Of a stretch of DNA of 22,388 bases, positions 1-8,474 are shown in pieces. The DNA is from a virus. Lineage: Duplodnaviria; Heunggongvirae; Uroviricota; Caudoviricetes. The DNA is taken from IMG/VR virus record IMGVR_UViG_2778261036_000014; one strand, 5' to 3'. Position 1 is the stretch's first letter; each line of letters opens with the position of its first letter. The notes under the pieces were generated by a model. It saw nothing but the letters and a program-made list of their open reading frames with translations. It was not told the origin of the DNA and made no database searches. The position numbers and the translations under genes are program-made.

Positions 1-2
1 AG

Positions 3-1103
<1,101 letters not shown>

Positions 1104-1123
1104 TAGAATGAGTTTTTAAGCGC

Positions 1124-1861
1124 TCATTCACTCTCTTTCAAACCAGTTTTAACTGTTTGTGGTTTTGGGTAAGGCTGGACTTTGAATAGCTTTGTGTTGA
1201 GGCGTTTTCTGGCCCTCTTGTTCAGAAACCGGATGTAACGAAACTGTCGGAACTTATGCACACTGGCTCTGTCGATATTAGCCCTCAGATGTTCACCTCG
1301 TTGTCCGCCTCGTTTAATGGCATTCCTGCAAATCTCGTGATACCACTCGCCATCAAGTTCATAGAATGTTGATTCATGGCTGCCTACATAATCAAAATTG
1401 CTTGCCTGATACACGACACCAAGACAGCCACAACGCTCATCTGCAAACGACTGAACCCACTGTACCTGCGGATAAAGCTGCCTGATTAGCTTGAGCGCGT
1501 AACTGATTGCCCTTGATTCGGAGTTTCTCGGCATACAGTCATGCATCCATAGCCGGTTAAGCTCCATATATTCTCGGTTCTGCGTACCCGTTACGACGCG
1601 TGCACCACTGTTTGGGTTAAGGGCGTAACCCCATTGCATTACGCCAACAAGTTCCCGTTCTGAAAATATACCCAGATGAAGGTAGGAATTATTTACGAAA
1701 CGGTGGCTGTAATGTTTATTGACGATAACCAGTCTGGCCAGCCAGCAACTTATTGTCTCAACCCGCAACTCACGGGAGCCATAACCAACGATATTGTCGT
1801 TATAGCGAATAAGTTCAGGCGTGCTGATGATACGGGATGTGACTTGCTTTCTGTTCCCCAC
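1124..1861 (-). CDS. mom: Mom-family DNA adenine modification protein (anti-restriction)
   Basis: 245-aa ORF as the last gene before the prophage end, overlapping the 3' end of a Com-like zinc-finger gene, as in Mu. Apparent start is GTG at 1861 and is uncertain. Confidence 0.75.
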   Translation of the reverse strand: MGNRKQVTSRIISTPELIRYNDNIVGYGSRELRVETISCWLARLVIVNKHYSHRFVNNSYLHLGIFSERELVGVMQWGYALNPNSGARVVTGTQNREYMELNRLWMHDCMPRNSESRAISYALKLIRQLYPQVQWVQSFADERCGCLGVVYQASNFDYVGSHESTFYELDGEWYHEICRNAIKRGGQRGEHLRANIDRASVHKFRQFRYIRFLNKRARKRLNTKLFKVQPYPKPQTVKTGLKESE

Positions 1862-2015
1862 GACAGGATTTCCTTGTGTATGTGGGGTGCTCTGTGGCGC
1901 TCGGAGATGTGATTTGATTGAGGGTTTTACTGCGCGGACATTTTACTTCCAGATAACTGAAACTGGCCCGTGCCAGTAGCTTATTGCAGTGTCGGCACCG
2001 TATGTTTCGATACAT
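1815..2015 (-). CDS. com: Com-like zinc-finger translational activator of mom
   Basis: ATG at 2013-2015 preceded by AGGAGG about 8 nt upstream. Product [29 protein letters not shown]... resembles Mu Com (RCKNCNKLL...IRCPRCK, from memory). Overlaps the mom start by about 47 nt. The ORF-track start at 2060 is a TTG and is not used here. Confidence 0.7.
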   Translation of the reverse strand: MYRNIRCRHCNKLLARASFSYLEVKCPRSKTLNQITSPSATEHPTYTRKSCRGEQKASHIPYHQHA

Positions 2016-2205
2016 GACCGCATAACCTCCTGCTTTGTTGTTGATGCCTTTCTCATGCAATCGATCGACAAAAACGATCGATTCGATTTGTTTAATTGAT
2101 ACAACAAATAGATTGAAAAGTCATCAACAATGATTCAGGGAGGTGATTATTTACTTAAAGAAAACGAAGAGTTAGGTGGTGAAAACGATCATAAAATGAT
2201 CATTT
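2016..2205 (-). promoter_or_regulatory. com-mom upstream control region with clustered GATC (Dam) sites
   Basis: GATC at 2063, 2076, 2187 and 2198; the first two sit in the palindromic stretch aatCGATCGacaaaaaCGATCGatt roughly 50-65 bp upstream of the com ATG. Mu mom transcription is known to be controlled by Dam methylation of upstream GATC sites. Confidence 0.4.
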
Positions 2206-2267
2206 TATTGACTTTTTATACAGTGAAGGTAGGATCACGCGTATATGTAGTATGTTTCAAATCAACA

Positions 2268-2314
2268 GGATACTACATAAAAGTGAAACCCAGCATAGCT
2301 GGAACTATGCTGGG
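2268..2314 (-). terminator. Putative rho-independent terminator (minus strand) upstream of the com-mom control region
   Basis: Perfect 10-bp stem CCCAGCATAG / CTATGCTGGG with a 6-nt loop (2289-2314), followed on the minus strand by UUUCACUUUUAUG. On the plus strand it is not followed by a U-run. Confidence 0.45.
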
Positions 2315-2426
2315 TCAATCTGTAAAAACTTGCATCAATGCTTTACTTCGAGCTCGTGGCGTATCCTATGATATTCCCCGGTCTCCTGTAAAGCAGAGAT
2401 GCATAAAAAGGAGATCTTTATCATGG

Positions 2427-2594
2427 ATGAAAGAGCCTGTTTGCCCTGCCTGTAAGACTCCCTTACAGCTCATCTATCGCCGTTCTCGATCTCAAAATGG
2501 CAAGACATACAAACCCAAAAATGCTTCCTGTTTCAGGATGCTGATATGTCCTGCCTGTTCTCCCAGGAGGGAAAATACACAAAACGTGCATTAA
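2427..2594 (+). CDS. Hypothetical small zinc-ribbon protein (two CPAC motifs); reading frame is open from 2130 so the true start is uncertain
   Basis: AAGGAG at 2408-2413, 13 nt before the ATG at 2427. Product MKEPVCPACKTPLQLIYRRSRSQNGKTYKPKNASCFRMLICPACS... has CPAC-x27-CPAC. A possible sigma70 promoter (TTGACT 2208-2213, 16 bp, TAGGAT 2230-2235) lies upstream. The 5' part of the long ORF is AT-rich and may be non-coding. Confidence 0.35.
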   Translation: MKEPVCPACKTPLQLIYRRSRSQNGKTYKPKNASCFRMLICPACSPRRENTQNVH

Positions 2595-2603
2595 CAAACT
2601 CAC

Positions 2604-2623
2604 CCGGCAGGGAAACCTGCCGG
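2604..2623. terminator. Bidirectional hairpin between convergent small genes
   Basis: Perfect 8-bp stem CCGGCAGG / CCTGCCGG with a GAAA loop, lying between the stop of the plus-strand ORF (2592-2594) and the stop of the minus-strand 81-aa ORF (2633-2635). Moderately U-rich tails on both strands. Confidence 0.45.
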
Positions 2624-2632
2624 TCGGTATTG

Positions 2633-2878
2633 TTACATCATAGTACCGTCAGTTCCGGGCTGAACCGGCTCTGGTTGCTCTACGGGTTGAGGATCATTTT
2701 CCGTGCTGTTTTCAGCCGGAGAACGGCCAACCATTCGGGCCAGCACTTCATCAACATATGCGTCGATTTGTGCCTCAAAATCCTTGCGAACCTGCGCCTT
2801 CAGCACGCGGTTCACTTCTTCAGAATAAAGTGCCTGTTTGACAAGCTCTTCAGTAACCGTGCCTTTAATCTCTGGCAT
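2633..2878 (-). CDS. Hypothetical 81-aa acidic protein with predicted helical N-half and Pro/Glu-rich C-tail
   Basis: AAAGGAGA about 7 nt upstream of the ATG; hairpin immediately after the stop. No family recognised. Confidence 0.55.
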   Translation of the reverse strand: MPEIKGTVTEELVKQALYSEEVNRVLKAQVRKDFEAQIDAYVDEVLARMVGRSPAENSTENDPQPVEQPEPVQPGTDGTMM

Positions 2879-2913
2879 GAATATTCTCCTTTTGCAGGTA
2901 TATTGCCCCGTTA

Positions 2914-3096
2914 TCAGAGCGGGGTCGGGTCGTTTGGGGATGACGGTGCCTGTGCTGTTTTACTGAGTTTTTCAGCTGCCGCATCATCAATTTTACGGCG
3001 AATATAATTTCTGATGACCTTATAACCACCGCTCACCAGATATAACGCACTGACCACAGCGCAGAAATAAAGCAGCATTGTATGAACGAATGTCAT
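2914..3096 (-). CDS. Hypothetical 60-aa protein with one N-terminal hydrophobic (transmembrane-like) segment and a basic tail
   Basis: AAGGTAAGG a few nt upstream of the ATG. Hydrophobic stretch MLLYFCAVVSALYLVSGGY followed by KVIRNYIRRKIDD. Sits 35 nt upstream of the 81-aa ORF on the same strand, so probably a two-gene operon. Confidence 0.5.
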   Translation of the reverse strand: MTFVHTMLLYFCAVVSALYLVSGGYKVIRNYIRRKIDDAAAEKLSKTAQAPSSPNDPTPL

Positions 3097-3164
3097 ATAA
3101 CCTTACCTTTGATATTGACTACATAATTCGTTATCGGGTAAAAACATCGAAGCGACTGATAACC

Positions 3165-3245
3165 ACTCCTTCGGGAGTATTTTTATTTTCCTTTATGGGT
3201 TAGGTAGCTCCCGCCAGCCATATCATGACCGGCGGGATTTTTTTA
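3165..3245 (+). terminator. Two tandem plus-strand intrinsic terminator-like hairpins immediately 3' of the nanS-like gene
   Basis: ACTCC-TTCG-GGAGT followed by ATTTTTATTTTCC (3165-3191), and CCCGCCAG...CCGGCGGG followed by ATTTTTTTA (3210-3245). Both have T-runs only on the plus strand, yet no convincing plus-strand gene lies upstream. Confidence 0.4.
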
Positions 3246-5282
3246 TTCTGTTACCGCTTTTTTCACTTCCACCACAATGCTGTCAATCAGCACCGGGTAA
3301 GTTGCATTTTTTGTGATATCCGTTACGCGGAGTTTGTCCACCGGGAAAGTTCCTACTGGTGACTGCGTCAGGGTAAACGCGGCACCATCCTGACCATCAA
3401 TAACCGGAATAACCTGAAGGCTGTTATTTCCTGCAAAACGGAAGGCCAGCGTATGCCATTCATTATCAAATGCACCAAAGGTTCCCAGTTTCTGGTTATT
3501 TGTTGCCACTTTTGCATTGTGGTACATCACATTCAGGTCTTTTGCGTCTGTCTGGATGTAGAACGATGCCAGCAGATTATTCCCTGCATCCCCTGTCAGG
3601 GTGACACCCTGCGGCAGAGAGGAAACCGGCCAGTAAAGCCCCATGACATACTGGTTTGCCACCAGGTCGCCAGGTACTTTAAAACGACAACTGATTAAAC
3701 CACCATTTTTCAGCAGTTCAGCACCAGTACCGGCATCATGATCCAGATACCAAGATGATTTACCTGTTTCCTTGGTCAGTTTCATTGCCTTACCACCTGT
3801 GCCTCCTGCATCACTGATAATTTCAGCTTTACCGCCAGCCGGCTCCCAGCCCTGGGCTTTCAGATTTCCTTCTGACTCACTGACACGATAAGACAGCAGT
3901 GTTGTGGTTACTGCTTCAGTTTCTGAAGGTGACGGCACTGGTGCTTCAGTTTCAGAAGATGGAACATCGGCTTTTACTGTGGTTCGCCCCGCATGAGTCA
4001 GAACTGCCGTGGCCAGACGGTCGGAAATAATCCCACGACGTGCCCATGAACTGAAATGGCTGGCCCGGTCCGCAGATGTCCAGGTGGCGGCACTGTTACG
4101 CCACGTTGAGCCGTAATAACCAATGGATTCAATATCCGGGTCTTCTGCCGGATTGTTGGTGGGTACATTCGCGTCATTTTCATCTGTCATTAATGGAACG
4201 AAATGAATGTTTTTATCTGTTTTGTTTTTGTAGCCGCCATAGATTGCCTGGTATGCCGGTTCATTTTTCTGTTTCCAGAAATACGTGGTATCGCCACAAA
4301 TCCACGGAACGCCAGCAGCACTGCCACCGGTACACTGTTCCGCCTGTTCAGCCAGGTCTGCGCGGAATTTTTCCACCATCGCCAGAAACAGCGCGGAATG
4401 CTCCGTCGGCTTCGCATCAATATCAAACTCGCCCTGCATCCACACCACAGCAAGCAGGCGGTTTTTCGGGTTCTTCGCCAGTGCCGCTTTTGTCCGGCTG
4501 ATTAAGTCCTTATACAGCGGCTTATCCACACCCCAGCGGGCTGAGTCCTCTGAAGCACCCGTGCTGTCACTGTACGTGCCGTCAGCACCCGCCGTGAATG
4601 CAGAACCACCACGGCAGCAGGGAACCAGCAGAATCCCCGCATCTGCCGGAATAAACGGCAGCAGTTTTTTGGCAATGTGAAGCCCCTGACCCACGGTGCC
4701 ATATTGCCCTTTAGCCACATCCGCTTTCGGGTGATTTTTTCCACTCATATCCTGCACATCATGCAGACAGTGGTCGGCCAGAATGATGTCGTTATACTGA
4801 CAGGCTTTACCTCCCGGCGTGACTGTACTGCGACGGGCTAACTGCATAATACGCGGTTCGGGGCGGTCATATGTCTCCGGCAGTGGCAGACCTTCACCGT
4901 AAGCCATACCGTTTGACTGACCAGCAAGAACCACCACGTAATACCAGGAAGGGGAGCTGGAAGCAGTTTCATTTCCTGACGGACGGGTATGTGTTTCAGC
5001 ATTATCCCAGTCTGACGGTTCAGCAGTACCGGCAACATCAGCACTTAACGGAATGACCGCACCAATACCCGCTCCGGTAATTTCCACACTCGGATCACCG
5101 GATACTGGCCTTACCCACAGGCAATCCCGTGTATTAAAACTGATGAGACAGTCAGCAAATGTCATTCCTCCTTTTGTTTCGGCCGGAGGAAAGGGAGCCT
5201 CAAGAAATGCCGCTGTACCACCGGAAACTTTAACAGTAAAGTTTCCGGGCATTGATGATAGTTGAACCCATTTGGACGTCAT
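3243..5282 (-). CDS. nanS: NanS-like sialate (9-O-acetyl-N-acetylneuraminate) O-acetylesterase, prophage-encoded NanS-p type, with extra N- and C-terminal regions
   Basis: Central region YYVVVLAGQSNGMAYGEGLPLPETYDRPEPRIMQLARRS...ILLVPCCRGGSAFTAG...WMQGEFD...WICGDTTYFWK...HFSSWARRGIISDRL closely matches my recollection of E. coli NanS (YjhS) and the GQSN motif of SGNH/SASA esterases. About 115 aa precede and about 250 aa follow the esterase core. AGGAACAGG lies upstream of the ATG. Confidence 0.8.
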   Translation of the reverse strand: MTSKWVQLSSMPGNFTVKVSGGTAAFLEAPFPPAETKGGMTFADCLISFNTRDCLWVRPVSGDPSVEITGAGIGAVIPLSADVAGTAEPSDWDNAETHTRPSGNETASSSPSWYYVVVLAGQSNGMAYGEGLPLPETYDRPEPRIMQLARRSTVTPGGKACQYNDIILADHCLHDVQDMSGKNHPKADVAKGQYGTVGQGLHIAKKLLPFIPADAGILLVPCCRGGSAFTAGADGTYSDSTGASEDSARWGVDKPLYKDLISRTKAALAKNPKNRLLAVVWMQGEFDIDAKPTEHSALFLAMVEKFRADLAEQAEQCTGGSAAGVPWICGDTTYFWKQKNEPAYQAIYGGYKNKTDKNIHFVPLMTDENDANVPTNNPAEDPDIESIGYYGSTWRNSAATWTSADRASHFSSWARRGIISDRLATAVLTHAGRTTVKADVPSSETEAPVPSPSETEAVTTTLLSYRVSESEGNLKAQGWEPAGGKAEIISDAGGTGGKAMKLTKETGKSSWYLDHDAGTGAELLKNGGLISCRFKVPGDLVANQYVMGLYWPVSSLPQGVTLTGDAGNNLLASFYIQTDAKDLNVMYHNAKVATNNQKLGTFGAFDNEWHTLAFRFAGNNSLQVIPVIDGQDGAAFTLTQSPVGTFPVDKLRVTDITKNATYPVLIDSIVVEVKKAVTE

Positions 5283-5381
5283 AATAATCAGCCTGTTCCT
5301 GAATAAACTGAATTATCATATCCACAGACCGATAAACGCCATTTTGCGTTAATTCAGTAAAGGCCCAACAAAGGGAGCGTC

Positions 5382-5942
5382 TTATTTTTCCGAAACGCTC
5401 GCAGGATAATAACGATAAAGGGTTGAAAGGCCGATATCAAAAATAAGTGCCACCTGTCTTCGACTGACACCCCCGGCCAGTAAACGCCCGACCTGCTCGT
5501 ATTGTTCCTGCGTGAGACGACGGGGTCTGCCGCCGGTTCGTCCCCTTTCACGGGCAGCTGCAAGACCAGCCCGTGTCCGTTCGACAATTAATTCACGCTC
5601 CATTTCTGCCAGCGCACCCATTATGTGAAAAAAGAAGCGCCCCATGGGGGTTGACGTATCAATGTTGTCAGTAAGACTACGAAAATTTATCCCCTGTTGC
5701 TGTAATTCATCTGTCAGCGCAACAAGGTGGCGCATACTGCGCCCCAGCCTGTCCAGTTTCCAGACCATCAGTGTGTCACCGGGTTTTAGTTTCTTCAGTG
5801 CCCGCTTCAGTCCCGGCCGCTGTGTCGTTTTACCACTCATTTTATCTTCAAAAATCTGCTCACATCCTGCACATTCCAGCGCATTTCTTTGTAAACCTGT
5901 GTTCTGGTCATTTGTTGATACGCGTATATAGCCAATCAGCAT
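5382..5942 (-). CDS. pin: Serine-recombinase DNA invertase of the Pin/Gin/Hin/Cin family
   Basis: Product MLIGYIRVSTNDQNTGLQRNALECAGCEQIFEDKMSG...WKLDRLGRSM...GINFRSLTDNIDTSTPMGRFFFHIMGALAEMERELIVERT is near-identical in pattern to e14 Pin / Mu Gin as I recall them. AGGAAGG lies about 8 nt upstream of the ATG. Sits directly adjacent to a gix-like site. Confidence 0.9.
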   Translation of the reverse strand: MLIGYIRVSTNDQNTGLQRNALECAGCEQIFEDKMSGKTTQRPGLKRALKKLKPGDTLMVWKLDRLGRSMRHLVALTDELQQQGINFRSLTDNIDTSTPMGRFFFHIMGALAEMERELIVERTRAGLAAARERGRTGGRPRRLTQEQYEQVGRLLAGGVSRRQVALIFDIGLSTLYRYYPASVSEK

Positions 5943-5996
5943 GTATTTACCTTCCTTAAAAAGAGGTGGAAAGGCCTTTTAAAGCAGATATACGGC

Positions 5997-6022
5997 ATCC
6001 CTGAAACCTCGGTTTACGGGAT
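5997..6022. other. gix/pix-like invertase crossover site A (pin-proximal)
   Basis: ATCCCTGAAACC-TC-GGTTTACGGGAT; its reverse complement ATCCCGTAAACC-GA-GGTTTCAGGGAT resembles the Mu gix sequence TTCCTGTAAACC-GA-GGTTTTGGATAA (recalled). In inverted orientation relative to site B. Confidence 0.6.
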
Positions 6023-6367
6023 ACTGTAAACAGGGCCGCGAATGCCCTGCCATCGAACGGAGCGGCTGTTGCAGCGAATAAACTCGCCACTCCAAGAAAT
6101 ATTAATGGTGTCCCATTTGACGGAACGCAGGATATAAATATTACATCGGGGATGACGCAGTCTGTGGCTGACTCACGTTATGTTCAAAGCATTCGAAGAG
6201 GTTCAAGGTCAACGATTGGAATGCAATATAATATTTTTGAGGTTCCTGACGGATGCGTACTTACAGGGCTTGATGTCGCTGGTGATGGTAATGCAACGGT
6301 AACCGCATATTATCGACCTGTTCAGTTTCTGATAGATGGTTCGTGGAAAACAGCTTCCAGCGCATAA
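6011..6367 (+). CDS. Promoterless alternative tail-fibre C-terminal cassette (Sv'-like); would be fused in frame to the constant part of the tail fibre after inversion
   Basis: Frame open from 6005: NLGLRDTVNRAANALPSNGAAVAANKLATPRNINGVPFDGTQDINITSGMTQSVADSRYVQ...YYRPVQFLIDGSWKTASSA. The N-terminal ~50 residues parallel residues ~180-230 of the expressed tail fibre, while the downstream part diverges. No start codon or RBS at its 5' end. Confidence 0.6.
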   Translation, partial: GLRDTVNRAANALPSNGAAVAANKLATPRNINGVPFDGTQDINITSGMTQSVADSRYVQSIRRGSRSTIGMQYNIFEVPDGCVLTGLDVAGDGNATVTAYYRPVQFLIDGSWKTASSA

Positions 6368-6446
6368 AAGTGCAGTAGTTCAAAAAACAGATTATCTGAA
6401 TAAATATATGATGATTTTGTCTTTTCAACAAAAACAAGGTGAAATA

Positions 6447-6968
6447 ATGGAGCTTATTAACGTAAAACGATATTACCCGGAACACAAACCCTATGGTGAG
6501 GATGTTCAGTATTTCCAGAGTGAGGACGGAAGGGATTTTTATGAATCTATCCCGCTTTTCACAAAGAAATACAAACTCTGTATTTCGCCTGTAACGGGTA
6601 TTATCTGCTCTGTTGCTGAAGATGTCTCTGCTTTATATCCGGCAGGTTTTACTGTTGTTGAAGTGGACGAACTGCCGGAAGGTGTGAATATTGACGGTAA
6701 CTGGCAGTTTTCTGATGGCCTGATATCAAAGGTGCCGGTAAACTGGAAGACGGTTGCTGAAAAGCGCCGCTCATCGCTGCTCCAGGAAGCCAACGAAACT
6801 GTGGATGACTGGAAAACGGAATTAAAACTGGACATGATTAGCGATGAAAATAAATTACAGCTGACGCGCTGGATGGCGTATATCCGACAGCTTAAAGAAA
6901 TGCACTTTAATGATATTGCCAGTGAGGGGCATTACCAGGCGATTCCCTGGCCGGAAAAACCGGAATAA
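6447..6968 (+). CDS. Tail fibre assembly protein (Tfa/U-like chaperone) belonging to the silent cassette
   Basis: AAGGTGA before the ATG at 6447; about 173 aa, typical Tfa size; lies 80 bp downstream of the Sv' cassette inside the invertible segment; followed by a hairpin terminator. Confidence 0.75.
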   Translation: MELINVKRYYPEHKPYGEDVQYFQSEDGRDFYESIPLFTKKYKLCISPVTGIICSVAEDVSALYPAGFTVVEVDELPEGVNIDGNWQFSDGLISKVPVNWKTVAEKRRSSLLQEANETVDDWKTELKLDMISDENKLQLTRWMAYIRQLKEMHFNDIASEGHYQAIPWPEKPE

Positions 6969-6973
6969 TTCAG

Positions 6974-6996
6974 AGGGTGCATTCAGCACCCTTTTC
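6974..6996. terminator. Hairpin terminator between the convergent tfa and tail-fibre genes
   Basis: 7-bp stem AGGGTGC / GCACCCT with a 5-nt loop followed by TTTT on the plus strand; weaker U-tail on the minus strand. Confidence 0.5.
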
Positions 6997-7002
6997 TGTG
7001 GT

Positions 7003-7914
7003 TTACACTGAACTTACCGTTCTCCAGGCATTATTAATATAAATCTGAACCGGGCGATAATAGACCCCACCGATATTGTCCGCAGACCGGGAGCCGGTTT
7101 CCTGCACGTTAATTCCGGAAAGCATACAACCGGAAGGTGCGCTGTAATTCCATGACATTTCATTGCCTCCGGGTGAATGATAGCTCTGTGCTCCAAGCTG
7201 AACATTCTGTACATACCGGCCATCTGCGGTTGACTGCGTCATTCCTGACGTGATGTTGATATCCAGCGTTCCGTCAAAAGGAACACCATTAATATTTCTT
7301 GGGGTGGCGAGTCTGTTTGCTGCCACGGCGGTTCCACCCGATGGCAGGGCATCAGCAGCCTTATTTACCGTTTCCCGTAAACCGACGTTATCGATAAAAG
7401 CGCCTTTATCCGGAATGTCTGCGCCGTTCTGCTCCCTGCGCAGGTAACGGTTATCACCTTCGCTTTTGCTGTAAACATCCAGATTATTACGGGCGGTTCC
7501 CGCATTCTCCAGGTCGGCAAGGTTCTGATCCTTCGCCAGAGCATTAACGTCACCGGGACCAAGACTGTTTTTTGTGGCAAGCGCCCCAAGACCAAGATAA
7601 CCACGGGCAAGACGCTGGGCTTCCGCACCGGCATCAGCAATTTCTTTCAGGTTGTTTTTCCGGGAAAAGGCATTCGCAGCGATAATGGCTTTAATGGACA
7701 GCGTAAGCTGGTTTAACTGCGCCTTATCCGGCTGAATACTGGCTTCAGCCAGAATATTCAGCAGTTCGGCCTGGAGAATATTCAGCCAGTCCTGACCAAT
7801 CCAGCTGATACCTTTTTGTCCGTCACCTTCGGTAAACCAGGTGGTGGTATTACTCTGCGCCGGTGCCAGCGCAGGCATATTCGCCACGCCGGAATTATTA
7901 TCAACATGGAACAT
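7003..7914 (-). CDS. Tail fibre protein, currently expressed form (constant part ~7914-7398 plus variable C-terminal part ~7384-7003)
   Basis: ATG at 7912-7914 overlaps the upstream gene stop (TAATG) with GAAGAGGAG upstream. The C-terminus ...GGVYYRPVQIYINNAWRTVSSV resembles the C-terminal motif of P2 H / Mu S tail fibres as I recall them. A gix-like site lies inside the gene. Confidence 0.75.
   Translation of the reverse strand: MFHVDNNSGVANMPALAPAQSNTTTWFTEGDGQKGISWIGQDWLNILQAELLNILAEASIQPDKAQLNQLTLSIKAIIAANAFSRKNNLKEIADAGAEAQRLARGYLGLGALATKNSLGPGDVNALAKDQNLADLENAGTARNNLDVYSKSEGDNRYLRREQNGADIPDKGAFIDNVGLRETVNKAADALPSGGTAVAANRLATPRNINGVPFDGTLDINITSGMTQSTADGRYVQNVQLGAQSYHSPGGNEMSWNYSAPSGCMLSGINVQETGSRSADNIGGVYYRPVQIYINNAWRTVSSV
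7372..7397. other. gix/pix-like invertase crossover site B (within the tail-fibre gene)
   Basis: TTCCCGTAAACC-GA-CGTTATCGATAA; the left half matches the recalled Mu gix half-site TTCCTGTAAACC at 11 of 12 positions and the central dinucleotide is GA. Confidence 0.65.
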
Positions 7915-8474
7915 TAAATATTCTCCTCTTCGTGACTGTTTGCATATACGTAAATAAACGTCTGCCATGCAGGCTTATAACGGTTCAGAATACATTCCAG
8001 CGCACCGCCTTCATAAATACGCAGCGGCGTGAGAATATCATCCAGCACATTCATATTCCGGTAGCCGGTTTCACTGTTAATCGTGACAATACTGACCCAC
8101 TGTGAATCCGGTGATGGCTGAATATCTATTTCATAACCAAACTCTGCCGCAAACCGGATATAAAATTCACGGTTAAGAGAGGGTTTCATCCGGTATTTAT
8201 TCCCGGCATAACGCTGACGCTCCTGAATGGTTGCGCCGGTCATATCACATTCCGGTAACCCCAGATAACGCTCCCAGTCTTCCAGCAGCAGACGGGATGA
8301 ATCAGGAAAACGTTCTGCCAGCATCTGGTTACCGGTCCAGGAAACACGCTCCGTGGAATGACTGAGGCCCAGGCACAAAGCCGCAAGAACGGATGACGGC
8401 CGCTTATCCCATGCCAGCCCGTCAGGCAGCAACTGCAACAGGGCGCGCTGATGCGGGGTCAGGGTTACAGCCAT
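7914..8474 (-). CDS. Mu gp48-like tail/baseplate protein (DUF2313-type)
   Basis: 186 aa, immediately upstream of the tail fibre and downstream of the baseplate J-like gene, matching the Mu position; start overlaps the upstream gene. Confidence 0.6.
   Translation of the reverse strand: MAVTLTPHQRALLQLLPDGLAWDKRPSSVLAALCLGLSHSTERVSWTGNQMLAERFPDSSRLLLEDWERYLGLPECDMTGATIQERQRYAGNKYRMKPSLNREFYIRFAAEFGYEIDIQPSPDSQWVSIVTINSETGYRNMNVLDDILTPLRIYEGGALECILNRYKPAWQTFIYVYANSHEEENI

Larger units (their letters stand above)
6010..7384. mobile_element. Invertible tail-fibre segment (G-segment-like, ~1.37 kb) bounded by inverted gix-like sites
   Basis: Crossover sites at 5997-6022 and 7372-7397 in inverted orientation; about 170 bp of roughly 80% inverted homology extends inward from each site; alternative tail-fibre C-terminal cassettes on opposite strands; invertase gene adjacent. 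Confidence 0.6.

Noticed and set aside
2546-3007. 153-aa plus-strand ORF
   Set aside because: Antisense to the two small minus-strand ORFs, which have RBSs and a terminator; no start context of its own.
3115-3143. TTGACT as the -35 of a plus-strand promoter for a small RNA
   Set aside because: No acceptable -10 hexamer at 16-18 bp spacing (GTAAAA / TAAAAA lack the conserved final T).
6539-6835. 98-aa minus-strand ORF inside the invertible segment, which could have been the missing Tfa for the expressed cassette
   Set aside because: Fully antisense to the plus-strand tfa, Ser-rich low-complexity translation, no RBS.
5997-7397. Diversity-generating retroelement as an explanation for the two tail-fibre C-terminal variants
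   Set aside because: No reverse transcriptase gene or template/variable repeat pair is visible; the repeats are inverted, carry gix-like half-sites and sit next to a serine invertase.
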